A stretch of DNA of 64,000 nucleotides from contig NW_003314299.1 of the NCBI RefSeq assembly GCF_000143415.4, forward strand, positions 914,063 through 978,062, written 5' to 3'. A model generated the notes under the pieces. The model was not told the DNA's origin, searched no databases, and saw nothing but the letters and a program-made list of their open reading frames with translations. The position numbers and the translations under genes were made by a program. Source of the stretch: Selaginella moellendorffii (Eukaryota > Plantae > Lycopodiophyta). Positions 25,955-38,012 of this stretch are shown piece by piece (position 1 is the stretch's first letter; each line of letters begins with the position of its first letter).

Positions 25955-28900
25955 GCAGCCACCCTTGCTGCTCTAGGAGTCATCCAGCTTATAAAAGTGT
26001 GATACGCCCCTACCCGCAAGGATATAGAGAGAGAAGCCAGAGGCCCCAACCCTCATGAGCAAAGAAACTAAACCCGTCGGTAAGGTTTAGATAAACAGCT
26101 AGTTAGAGTTGTTTACACGGTCACACTCTGTTAATGAAATAAGGAACATCGACAGAGAGGCGGGTGATGTGACCAGTCGACAATAGCTACCCCATGACTA
26201 AAGATTTCACCATGCACACGAAGTGCCGAAGCTAGTCTGCCTATACTAACCCAAATTCAAAGATCAATAGACGGACAATATCAAAGTCAAAAACAATGAT
26301 ATCTTAGAGACTTAATTATCAATTAATATATCTTAGATTAGAACACCAAAGTATTCTAAGTAAGTTATCATCCGATAAACTAGTATTATATTATAGGAAC
26401 CACCAAGATCACTATAGTTGGAAAATATAGGATTCACTATCCAACAAAATGCAATAGCAAGTATATCATCAAGTAAACTCAATGATAAAGCTTAACTATC
26501 AAAGATTGCAACAGAATGCTAAACAACTTACAAAAGATAACTCAAAGAACACAAAATATCATTGACAAGCAAGCAAAATGCTCACAAATGTATCACTCAA
26601 AGGAAATAACATCATAATCTATCAGAACTAACTCAAGCAATAATCAACAGAATAGAATGAATGTAGTAAAATCAATAAACACTCATTCATGCCAACTATC
26701 ACAAAAGCCAATCTGAATAGATCTCGATCAATAATACTAAGGAACCAGAGTTGCTCAAACAAGCATCAGCAACATCCTATTGATGTTTCAAACCCAAGAG
26801 ACCAATCTAGAGCAAACCACAAAGAACATGTGGTATTGTGGAAAGCCAAAAGCCATCAAAGAGAACAACTAACTACCATGAAAGATCATCAATCATCCCA
26901 TTAAAAGAGATATGTAGAATCATTGTCAAAGAAGGAATCCACCATTTCGAAGAACAGTGAATCATTCTATATCAACAACAATCAAGAAAAACCTTTTTGA
27001 CAAGGATAATCAACTATCTTAGATGATAGTCAATCATCACCAATAATTGCTAGATGCAAGAGCCAACTTCAACATCGGAGCAATTGAGCTAAAATGCCTT
27101 CCTCAACAACTTCTAACAAATGGAATAATGAGTATGAAAAATCAAGGAACCAAAAGCTCGAAGAAGCCTATAGCTAAATCTTGCTTAATAATGATCACAA
27201 ACCTTGCATAAACTAACTTTAATGCTAAAGAAGAAATCATAGTACAACCCACAATATCCTCCTCAACACATCTATAGCCAAACTTCATAATGCCAAAGTT
27301 AATGAAGAGCACATTTGCATCAATCCAAAGCTAAGCACAATGAAGTTATACCTAACAAGTGATCACTAAACGATCCTCCATGAATCCATCTATAGCAAGA
27401 CGTAATTTACTTTATAATAAACACAAGAAGAATCATTAATGATTAATATATTCTAACTCAAATCCAACAAAGATTCAAACATTCCAATATCAATCACTAA
27501 CTCTTCGGCTTATAGAGTTAGCATAGTCTACAACTAAATCACTTTTCAAGGAAAAGCCAAAGCTCAACCTTTACTAAATAATCTCAACTAAAACACAACT
27601 AACTTAAACTTATCACTTGGTTCATTTGAACATCATATAGTTGCTAACTAGCACATGCACGAATGTTAATAACATAAAGCTACAGCCCAAGCATCAACAG
27701 TATTTGCATCGAGATTAATGAAACTCAATATCAATTCTACAAAGAGACATCTCATTTCACTTGAATCTCAATATCAATAATGTCAACAACAAGGCATCAC
27801 TTCAATGCCATCAACACCAGAACAAAGCTAGAAGAAAGCACGAGTGAATCACTACTCAAAGCTCTTTAGCAATCAAGCTAACTAAAGTCAAAGATACCTT
27901 AGTCAGTATCTGAGACCAATCCTCTAACAATACTCAGTTACAGATAACACTTCATCAAGGAGTGAATCACCATATCTAAGACTCAATAAAATCCAACACT
28001 ACAAACTAAATGCAACCAAATGATATCGACAGAAGTAGAGTCGACATGCTAACTCTAACAATACTCAATTACGATCCTCCGCAACACCATTCAGTAAAAT
28101 AAACCTATCATTGCTAAATCATCATCAAGCGAAGCAAGTGTTACAGTCTTTAACAAAATCTACAAGCAATCACTAGTTGCAAACAATACCACAAACACTA
28201 AATTCACATCATCGAGTTATATACTTGTCAAACATGAACATAATACCTTAGGTATAAGATAAAGGTTCATGGACAAACATAAACTAAATGACCATTCGAA
28301 TCCAACTCAACCGCAATAAGTTCACCAATATGTTCAGCCAATAGCTCTGAGCATGCATTGAAGAGGCTAGCTATACATGATTAACACTCAATAGAAACTA
28401 AAGTGAAGACCATGAGATGAACTCATATCGGTACACAACCTCTTTATCGACAAAGCTATAGTACGGTTACTAACATCTCAACCTTAAACAACTAAGTTGG
28501 ACATCACCATCCTCAGCCAAGGTGCAAAGCCATCAAGACCAAGTCAAGATCAGTGAGAATTCACTACTCTTATAGAGTCTAACAAAATGCAAAGTGCAAC
28601 TTGCCACCAAGCACAACGCTAGAAGAAAGACACAAAGATCACCTTTCTAGAAAAATGCAACAACCACTTTTCTACACCATCTCTAAACTCTATCCAACTT
28701 AATTGCCTTAGCCCCAAAAGTTAGCATCCCTTTTGGGTTCCATCATATAAATTACCTATTAAGATCTAAGCCAACCAAAGTCAACTTCAATCCTTTCACT
28801 AGTTTGTACTAGCTTACGAAAATGGAATGGTTTTCGAGCAAAATGATTAACAGATTAACCATTGGAAAAGCCTAAGAAAATTTGTGGAAAATTTTCTATC

Positions 28901-30670
28901 CTAGAGAAAGAATGACTTTCAGTCCAAGAATGCAAACTTTCAAGACTCAACCAACTTCTTCTACCTACTACTTCACATAAGTTCACTTTAACACCAATTC
29001 TCATGATCCATAGTATGCTTAAGCCTCGAACATCTTTTTGCCTAAACACTGACATCCGCAAAATGCAAAGTGAACATCTAAAGCTCGATCACGAAGACCA
29101 CATCTTCGGATATCCACATTGCACTAACACTCTTCTTCAACCACCTTTAAAATCCAATGTGAAGCCAAAACACTAACAAAAAAAATGACATAGAAAATCA
29201 AGGTTTAAGGAGAATCCCTTATCACTTAACACAACAATGTCATCTCCACCAACACAAGTGCTAGTGATGTCAATGTCTTAACTACACATTTTCTCCATCC
29301 AACAATTTACTCAAAGTGCTAACAGATCATCCGACAAGTTATTGCAAATGAATAGTACAACCCTTTTCCAACATCTTAATGGGCAAACTCCCTAGGAAAC
29401 AAAGTATAAGTTTAGCATAATGGACCACCATGAAGAATCCAGTCAAAGCTATTACAATGCTACTTTGTGCAAGTAAATTAGCTTCTCCATCAACCACTTT
29501 GGGGTTGATAATCTTTTAAACAAGCAATTTCATAAACACATTGCTCATTATCACATGGATATGATATAAGTATCACAATGTCTTAATCATCAATCAAGCA
29601 ACACCATAAGCAATGCCAATGTCATTACTTCAAAGGTTTATGTGAATATCAAATGTCAACTCAATTCGACAAAATGCAACATAAATGCCACATTCCACCA
29701 ATAGAGACTTACAACACCCAACACCACTAACTTTTGTTCACAACACTAACAAGCTCATGCCACTCTCTTTCCGACCAAACTCAAAACTAATCCAACACCA
29801 AATTACCCAAAGAACAATAGCAAAGTTCCTCGGAAAATAATTGAGCATTGCGACCCCAATCTTTAATAGCAAGCCTAGACAAAATAGTTTAGCACTTCAC
29901 CACTATCCATCCCACAACTCACCATTTGTAAGACCATTATAACCAATATGCATCAAGCTAGAGTCTCTCGATTGCATAATGTGAACATGAGCAATGAGTC
30001 ACACATCGTTGCAAATCATATCTCCAATGAGAGAAAATGATTTATGTGTTTGATCTTTCGTCCCTGACAACTCTCTTTTCGGTTTCATCTTTGACTAAAC
30101 CTCCAGCTTGCATTAGCACTACTTTCAGTCCAATCCAAGAAAAATTTATAAGAGAGCACGGCAACAATTACTTGAACCAATAGACTAATCCTTATAATCT
30201 TGATTGATCCACTTGTAATCATGCCTAGGAAGGATCCACTAGTGCCGTGCTAAATAGCTACGGATTAGCTTATTTGCCACTCACAACAAACCTAGGGAAG
30301 GTTTACTTTCACTTACAATACATAGAACAACTCATGAAACCACTGGAACAACTCATGGAACCATCGATAGGCTAACATTAATCCTGCCAACTCAAAGTGT
30401 AACCTTGAGTTGCTAATGTGCCTCACTCACGAGCCCAAGTGCAAACTTGTGTAAACAAAACATCTCAAATCCATCTTATGAGCCCAAGAGCAAGCTCACA
30501 TCATAAGGTACAACAAGGTAACCAAATCCATACCTAAGGAACAATTGCAAAACTTTTGCACCCAAACGTGAACCCACTTGGATTATCGTTTTCATCTCTA
30601 TGTATACAATGAGACTAATTGCCCAATCTCATTGTATAGTACTCACTAAGACTTATTATCTGATATTAAA

Positions 30671-31362
30671 TGTAGCGCACGTGGTTTTGACCCTTTATCC
30701 TATGGTGATTTACCATAGGATAACACCACGAAGCGGAACCTAAACCCTCTTTATGCCACATGACACATGCCATGTGTCATATGCCACATGTCCAAAGGAC
30801 AATGGAGCGGTTCAAGGCCTTGGGTCACTAAACAAAGGAACAGTGCCAAACTCCTAAGCATGGAGCCAAGGAGTGATGGAACCAGACCACAGAACAACTT
30901 TTAAGCATACAGCCCAAGGAGCAAAGGGACAGGGGCCTAGAGCGACTTGGAACAGTCCTAGAGTAACCAGCATCCCAATGCCAAGACCAGCATGCAAAAC
31001 GGAGCCAAATGGAGTTTGGCACTATTTCAGCATACCGGTGGCCTAACGCGAGGACATGGGTACTCCACCAGCTAGCATGGAATGGAACTTGGGCTTAGAC
31101 CCAAGCCGCACGCAAAACAAGGACAAGCACGCAAGCGGGAGCTAGACTATACCTCAAGTTAGTCGGCCATGCCCAACCTACCCACTATCCCTACTATACA
31201 TTTGGAACCCCCCACGACCTACGCCCCCCCCCCCCCCCCCCCTCTTAGGAACACATGCTCTGGGCTTTCACCCTAAGCCTCCTTTAGTATCAGGAGTTAG
31301 TCTCTGGCACAAGCTCAAAACTTATTAAATATGCAATGGTGTTAGATTGCGAATTTGGACAT
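30671..31362 (-). repeat. 5' LTR of family A copy 2, left part (interrupted by the DNA transposon)
   Basis: Matches 22744-23418 and resumes at 44074. Confidence 0.9.
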
Positions 31363-32808
31363 AAGCTCTATTTCGTTAAAGTGGGATTTATTCAGTAAAA
31401 TGGGACTAGGTACAAATTTTCAAGTATTTGAAAATGACGTGAAATTATATGTTTTTTGTCCAGGGGCTAGACATATCTGGGGCATGGTGACTAGCGCGGT
31501 GATTTTGTGTCCAGACTGAGTCCATCTGGTTGTATAATAAATCTCATTGTCAAGGTGAACATGCTGAATCTGAAGCTAAAGAAGAGCGATGGCATGCGCG
31601 CACACACTATTTGTTTATTCATTGAGCGTGTGGTGAGCTTTCCAAGATGAACATCATTCCTATTAGCCAGACATATAACTTAATGGTGAGAACATTTAGA
31701 TATTATTCAATGTTATCTTTTTCTAACGAATCTAATTGTGAAGGTGTAGCAAGAGGCATTGCTAGTCTGGAGAAGTCATTTAACTCATTTGACCCTTAGT
31801 GTATTTTCATGAAACTAAATAACATTCATATTATTTACTAAGCGCTAGTGGACACCTCCTTTTTGGTACTCTCAGCGGTACTATCATCCTTCTTCGGGTC
31901 AGTTGTTTTGCTTTGGATTGTTGTCTCTGACGTTACTGGGGCGTTCTCGATAGTTGTTAATGTTGCCGTTTGTTCAGAAAAATGATCACCTGGAGTATAG
32001 TATGGGGAGTTTGGAAGACTTATATATTCTACATCTTCACCTATCTCCTTCTCCGTCTCCTTTTCTGCCTCACTTACAGATTTTGTGCTTGCTATGAGAA
32101 CGCTCTTCACCCTAAAATATGGAGTTCATTGTGTTATAAAAGGAAACCAACACATACGCTGCAAGGGAATGATGGTACATAAAGCACGTAAACCCACAAT
32201 ATGGGTTTATGTGCCATTAATATGGGCCACACGCCATATTATTAGATTTATGCACATGTGATTGGTAAATGCATATGTCACATCATCTTTGTTTTACCTC
32301 ACACACTATATCAGGCTTAATGAACCATATCACATGTGCGCACATGCTATATATATGGAGAAGTATTATGCAAGGATAGAAAAATTCAATGCATGATTGT
32401 GGAGAGCAATGGCATGAAGCCACATGCTAAATAACATTTTAGAGAAAGAATTAAAATAAAAACATGCAAACAGTACTGAGTGGACCAAGACTTAGAAGTG
32501 CACAATTGAATGAGGTATTTCTAATAAATATTTCACTCACCTCATATAGGAATGGCTACCACTCTCAAATGGCGTATCACCTCATGCCATCACCTCGCAA
32601 TTTGTTATAACAATCCGATGAATTTATATTCGGCTTGTTCACCTTGAACTTTAAGTAAGATTTGCTAGAACAACTAAGAATTTATACTTGTTATTTGTAT
32701 CATCTCACCTAGGAATGGCGTAAGGCCACATGCCATCACGCCTCCTCTGATTCAGATTCGGATTGTTCACCTTGAAATAAAATACATTAGAAACTTAGTA
32801 AAGGAATA

Positions 32809-35634
32809 TTAATGAATCTCACCTTGAACCCGGGTTATGAATGCTCTTGCTGCATCTCTTGCATGGTCTGGCAAGGTGATGGTGGCACTTTGCTTCCGCA
32901 TCCAACTATGCACAACATTATCCACCGATATGCTCATGCTGGGATCCTTTGGATTCAGCACCCATCTCTTTTCTAGGCAATCCTTCGTATATCCGGAACT
33001 TGGCTTGAACCACTCCATAGTTACATTGAAGGAGTTAGTTTCCGCGTCCTCCTCTACATCAGTGATGCAGCGCCCCACCCATATCATTTGTTTTTTATTA
33101 CTGGGTCTGACAAGCACAACCATTCCTTTGCAGACCTATACTGGATTGAATGCTGAATCCGGCTTCTTGTTCCTCGGCCCACAATAGTGATCCTCAACAT
33201 CGTTATCTGTCATTGCATTTCCAGAGGACATTGTTCCGCTACTATCTGGTGCTCTGGGTTCTGGCCAAAAGGACTCTTCCAATTCTTCATATACAACCGG
33301 CCCATTTTGGATAGCAGATATAATCTTCTCCCAGTATTTGAGCAAAGGCTTGCACCTCTGAAAATAGGATTCTCCACCAAACACCAACCCCCTCTTCCAG
33401 AAGGCAATATGCTGTCTAATCCCGGCCACTATACTTTCCTAGTCTTTGAGTCCATCCGGGTGCATGGGCCGTGGGGAACCCTGAGGAATCATAGGTTCCC
33501 TAGTTATGGGATCTCTCTTGAAGAGTTCAATGCTGTCCACTGGCAGCCACACTGTGTCCCATTCTCTCATCTTGTACCTCATCACTGGAGCACCGTCACG
33601 CATGCTGAAATGAAACTGAAGAGGCTTGGAGTGGCCAATCAGCGTTTCGGATCCGTCCCTGATGTAGCCTCTTACAAACCCCTTAAAGTCTGGAACCTCT
33701 GTCACAAGTGCAGCTTCAACAGTGCCTTTGATGCAATTTTGGAATTCATTGTAGAGTTGTGGGAGGGTGAGGACATTAGATCGCCGGAGGGACTCTGCCA
33801 GGTGACTAAACATGGCATCGACGTCTTCATGAGTGTGCCCAACCATGAGAAAGCCAAGTGTAACCGTTTCAAATATGCCTTTGGCAACAAGCATCGCCAA
33901 GTACGCGAAGATGTACATGTTTTTGTTCTCACTGCTAGCATTGTCTGTTTGGAGCAGAAGATGGGGTGGAAGGCCACATCGGCCGCAAGAACTTCCTTGA
34001 GATTCTGCTTCGTTTGGATGAGGCTGTGCATTCACCGGGCGACTAGCCTCGTCGGAATGGCATGAGGCCTCACGTGATAACCCTACAATCTGACGGCCAA
34101 CATATTCACTGGGATGGCATGGGGCCCCACACGATACTGCAAGCCTTTGCTCCTCCTCCAGCTGAACCCTGTATGGGGTTCGATTGACAAGGGCCTTATG
34201 CAAGGGTTGGCCGTTCAGCTCAGTCTACGCACTTTGCAGAGACCTTAAGTGTTTTGCTAGGGACGCAATCATCATGTTTACACCCCTGCCACCCCATAGA
34301 GGTACAAAGAAGTTCCCATAGTTCTGGGCACCATGCCCATGAGCGATTATGCCAAACAGAGACACAGGCAGCTGCATGGATGAAGAGATTGCCTTGGGGG
34401 TAGGATTGAGTCGAGGTAAGCATGTCTTTTTCTGGTCCATTTTGTCGTGGATGATGCAGAGGTAAGAGTCAGGTCTTTCCATGGAGAGAATCCTGTTATG
34501 ATAATATGCAGTCCTGCAGCTTCTTCGCTCGATGTTGTGGTCGAGCTGCCTTCTAACCAACGTCTCTCGCTCTTGAGCGATGCAAGAATTCTTTGACAAA
34601 GCCATTTTGATAGCAGTGCACTCGTCACACTTTGAAAAGCTGGAGTACTTTCCTATACTCACATCCCTGAACCTGTTGCTCCACAATCTACTAAATCTAG
34701 ATTGGCTCAGCTTCCTGTAGCCATTACTCTGGAGTTCCCGATTCACATCTTCCAATATGGCCCCCTTGGTATACATGGAAGGGAGAACTCGTTGGGTGTC
34801 TCAAGTTCCATCTTCCAAGAGGCGGGTTTTATGTGGTTGCTGCTCGCTACATGTCTCGACAAACCTCTTGAAGATTGCCTCTCCATATATAACATGACCC
34901 CTGGTTTTGTGAGTACTATCGTTCCCATGGACTGTTTGTTGAACCCTTTGTTCCTCGAACTCAGTTTTGATTCTGTAGAATGTGGTTCGAGGGACTCCAT
35001 AAATGATTCTCCATGCCTTCATGCAGACCAAACCCCTCTGGAAGACCATGCCCCCCACCTGATGTTCTGAAGCATCAACAGATGACCGTAATGCCTCATA
35101 CACAAAATTGCGAGCTGCCTTCCAGGACAATGTCTTGTATTTTGCTCTCTCCTCTTCAATAGCATCCCAATCAGCATGTTGACAGCACCTCCTCTTGCAA
35201 CAAGCAACTGTCGAGACCATTCGAACCTCTATCGCCATTTTCTGCCTTTTCAGTTCGTTGCTCAGATCCCTTTGGCTGCACTTTAGGAAGGTGTACTTTC
35301 TTTTCCCATGAAGAGATGTTCTGTCATCAGTTGTAGTGGTGTTTGATTGTGAATCCTTCACATTCTCAAACACTAAGTGCCTCAATTTCCACCGCACAAT
35401 GCTTCCAATAGTCAGACTGTTTTCTTCTGTGTCAACAACCTCTAAAATCGCAACTCCAATATCATCCCAGCCCAATTCTTGATTAGCAACCGCATCTCTT
35501 GGATCGATAATTGTGGCTAAGCCCTCAGCTACCACCTCCCTCTCGGGGTTGTTTAGAAACACCTTTGCCTGAATCCATGTAGCACGGTTCTTAAGATCCA
35601 CGGAGGGAACATGCGTCGCACTTGCGGAGGCCAT
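32809..35634 (-). pseudogene. Sola-like DDD transposase: a single reading frame of ~940 codons with four premature stops; probably small extra 3' exons to ~31840
   Basis: ORFs 34801-35634, 34225-34776, 33439-34203, 33136-33429 and 32809-33123 are all in one frame. Motifs FSKCDEC, CIIHDKMDQKK, LQTDNASSENKN, FLMVGHTHEDVDAMFS. Confidence 0.85.
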
Positions 35635-35996
35635 TCTGAAAGTGCAGAAAAGAAGTTAAGACCATACAAAAAATGATTGGAGAATGGCCTAAATCATAAC
35701 ATACCAAACAACCTCAATAGCATGAGGCCACATGCCATTATTCAAACATGCTATTGACACCCACGTGAAATTTCGCATTCACAAAATTGGCATGAGGCCT
35801 CATGCCATCTTGATATACACACAGCTGCAGGCAAGTAAAAACATACATGACAATACGCTAGCCATGAAATTGCAAGGGCCCAAGATGGCATGTGGCCTCA
35901 TGCCATTTCTAAATGTGGTCCTAAGCCATTCCATGGTGAACATACTAGGAAGCACAAGTGCCGAATATCAAGAGGAAGCGGTAGCCACACCAAAGA

Positions 35997-36180
35997 CAGT
36001 GCCGCTCGCAACACCGCAACTACTCGTAGCGCCGCTCGCAACACCGCAACTGCTCGTAGCGCCGCTCGCACAAACTGCCACTCGCATAAACTGCCGCTCG
36101 CAATGGTGCTCGCAATGCCGCAACCGCTCGTAGTGCCGCAACCGCTCGTAGACGCATAAACCACAGCTCACAACGCCGCT
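35997..36180. repeat. ~30-bp GC-rich tandem repeats (GCCGCTCGCAACACCGCAACT.CTCGTAGC) upstream of the transposase
   Basis: Directly visible. Confidence 0.85.
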
Positions 36181-36947
36181 TACACAAGCAGCGCTCACTG
36201 TGCTCAACGGAACCAAGAACACGGCGCACAAAAATGATAGACCTAGGAATGAGTTCGAGAATTCAAAAATAACACACGCTTGAACGTCACATCAAATCCT
36301 CTGACAAACCAGATCTTATGATTCCTCTGACAAATTTCAAACTGAGTAGCTTCTAGACTTTGCTGTCGGAGGTTGAACTTTGTCACATCATGTCCTTGCC
36401 TCGATCCAGCTGTGCCATGTCAGTGATTCGAACTTTGCCATGCCATGTTAGCGATCCGCGCCAAGATTATTCGCCGTGTAAAGGAATAATTATGCTGTGT
36501 GTGTACGTCCATTTATGGCAATATAAGGCCACACGCCATTCAAAGAATAATGCTAGTCGAGCATTTTTTGGTGCATTTTTGGGTTCAAAATTGCATGAGC
36601 CCACATGCTATAAAGTTTACCTGTACCAAAAATAGAAACAGCTTTATTTACTTGGGAATTTAAGTGGTTGAGGCATTTTTAAACTTACAAACACATGCCC
36701 TACTTACATTCCTTTGGTTGCTTAAAATTCAAAAATATTATAAACCTTTCTTTTTGCATTTTCAATGTTTTCAATTATGGTTTTTGATTTTCGCAGGACC
36801 AGCCTAGTAATCTATTTGCATCCCGTCATGTTTATAGCTAACTTTCGTTTGTCCCCTTCGCTAGCCTGAGATACATCTGCTCGGCATCTGCCTCTTATAG
36901 CATTTGCCCAGAAAGGGCATCTTTCTTCACGCAGCATTTGCCACATG

Positions 36948-36973
36948 TTTAGGGTTTAGGGTTTAGGGTTTAG
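36948..36973 (+). repeat. Interstitial plant telomere repeat (TTTAGGG)3TTTAG
   Basis: Exact Arabidopsis-type telomere units. Confidence 0.9.
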
Positions 36974-38012
36974 CAATTCAGTAGCTTGATAAACATACAA
37001 ATACAGAACTTGATGCAAAATCCTTTGATATGTCACAATGCCCCTAGGACCATAAACACATTTCAATAGAGAGGGTCCTTTCATTTCATAACTCCTTACG
37101 TAGATCTTGGTGAAACCAGAGTTAGTGAAGTTGGTTTCTTGTGATCCCGCATCTAATTGTGATGTCCCTTTGCAGTGTTGATGGAAAGGTCAATGCACAC
37201 CAAATTGTAGAATCTTGGAGCAAAATAACGGTCGGATCTATGGCAAATGCCCCTGAAACATTGTAAGGCTCGTATGGTCTCATGTGGTGTCCGATCGAGA
37301 TGCTTCTTTGCAAGGTCATCAAGAAGGACATTGTATACCATTCTTTATTTAGCTGAACATCTGGCATTTTTGGAAATACAAGATGCTTTGGAATATCCAA
37401 TCATGCATGGTATAAATATAGCGAGGGTATTAAATAATATCCCAATCATGATCTTTCTTTTGGATTTCGCGTGCATGCAGTCCGAGGAATGATGACGTTG
37501 CGGATTTCTTTTGGATTTCACGTGCATGCATGCGCGCGGCGATCCAGAAATTAATGGTGGCACCCAAGTCCGAGGAATGATGACGTTGTAGGATTACCAA
37601 CCATCGTGACATTTCGCGCGTGTGAGGTTAGGTTTTGCATCGTACTCGCGCTCACACACTCGCGCTCGCATCGCGCTCCCACTCGCAATCACGCTCACAT
37701 TCGCGCTCATCTACCTTCTCTACAGGTTTCTCGTGTGCATCGGCGTCCACTCGCGCTTGCATCACACTCACGCTCGCATCGCGCTCGTGTGCATCGGCGT
37801 CCACTTCAAGACACACCCAGTTTGTAACTTCGCCGCCAACTCCGCCGCCCACTCCGCCACCCACACGCAGCCCACTTGGCGTCCCGGGAGATTTCAGCGC
37901 CACTCTCCAACTATAAGTGGCAGAGTAGCCTTGCTGCTACGATCCGCTGCACACACAGTGCACATTCGCTAGCGAGTCCGGCCTCGATTGTCACGCCTCC
38001 ATTCGGCTTCAA

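Noticed and set aside
24824-26058. SD/RS/RD-repeat ORFs resembling SR or Sdr proteins
   Set aside because: Hexamer tandem array inside a solo LTR bounded by a TSD; open in all six frames
33187-34065. 292-aa plus-strand ORF
   Set aside because: Antisense shadow of the transposase
36948-36973. Telomere repeats as a chromosome end or fusion scar
   Set aside because: Fewer than four units, and internal to a TIR-bounded transposon
36990-37430. Possible third small gene (faint B3-like tail) in the transposon spacer
   Set aside because: Fragments lie in different frames and no convincing motif is present
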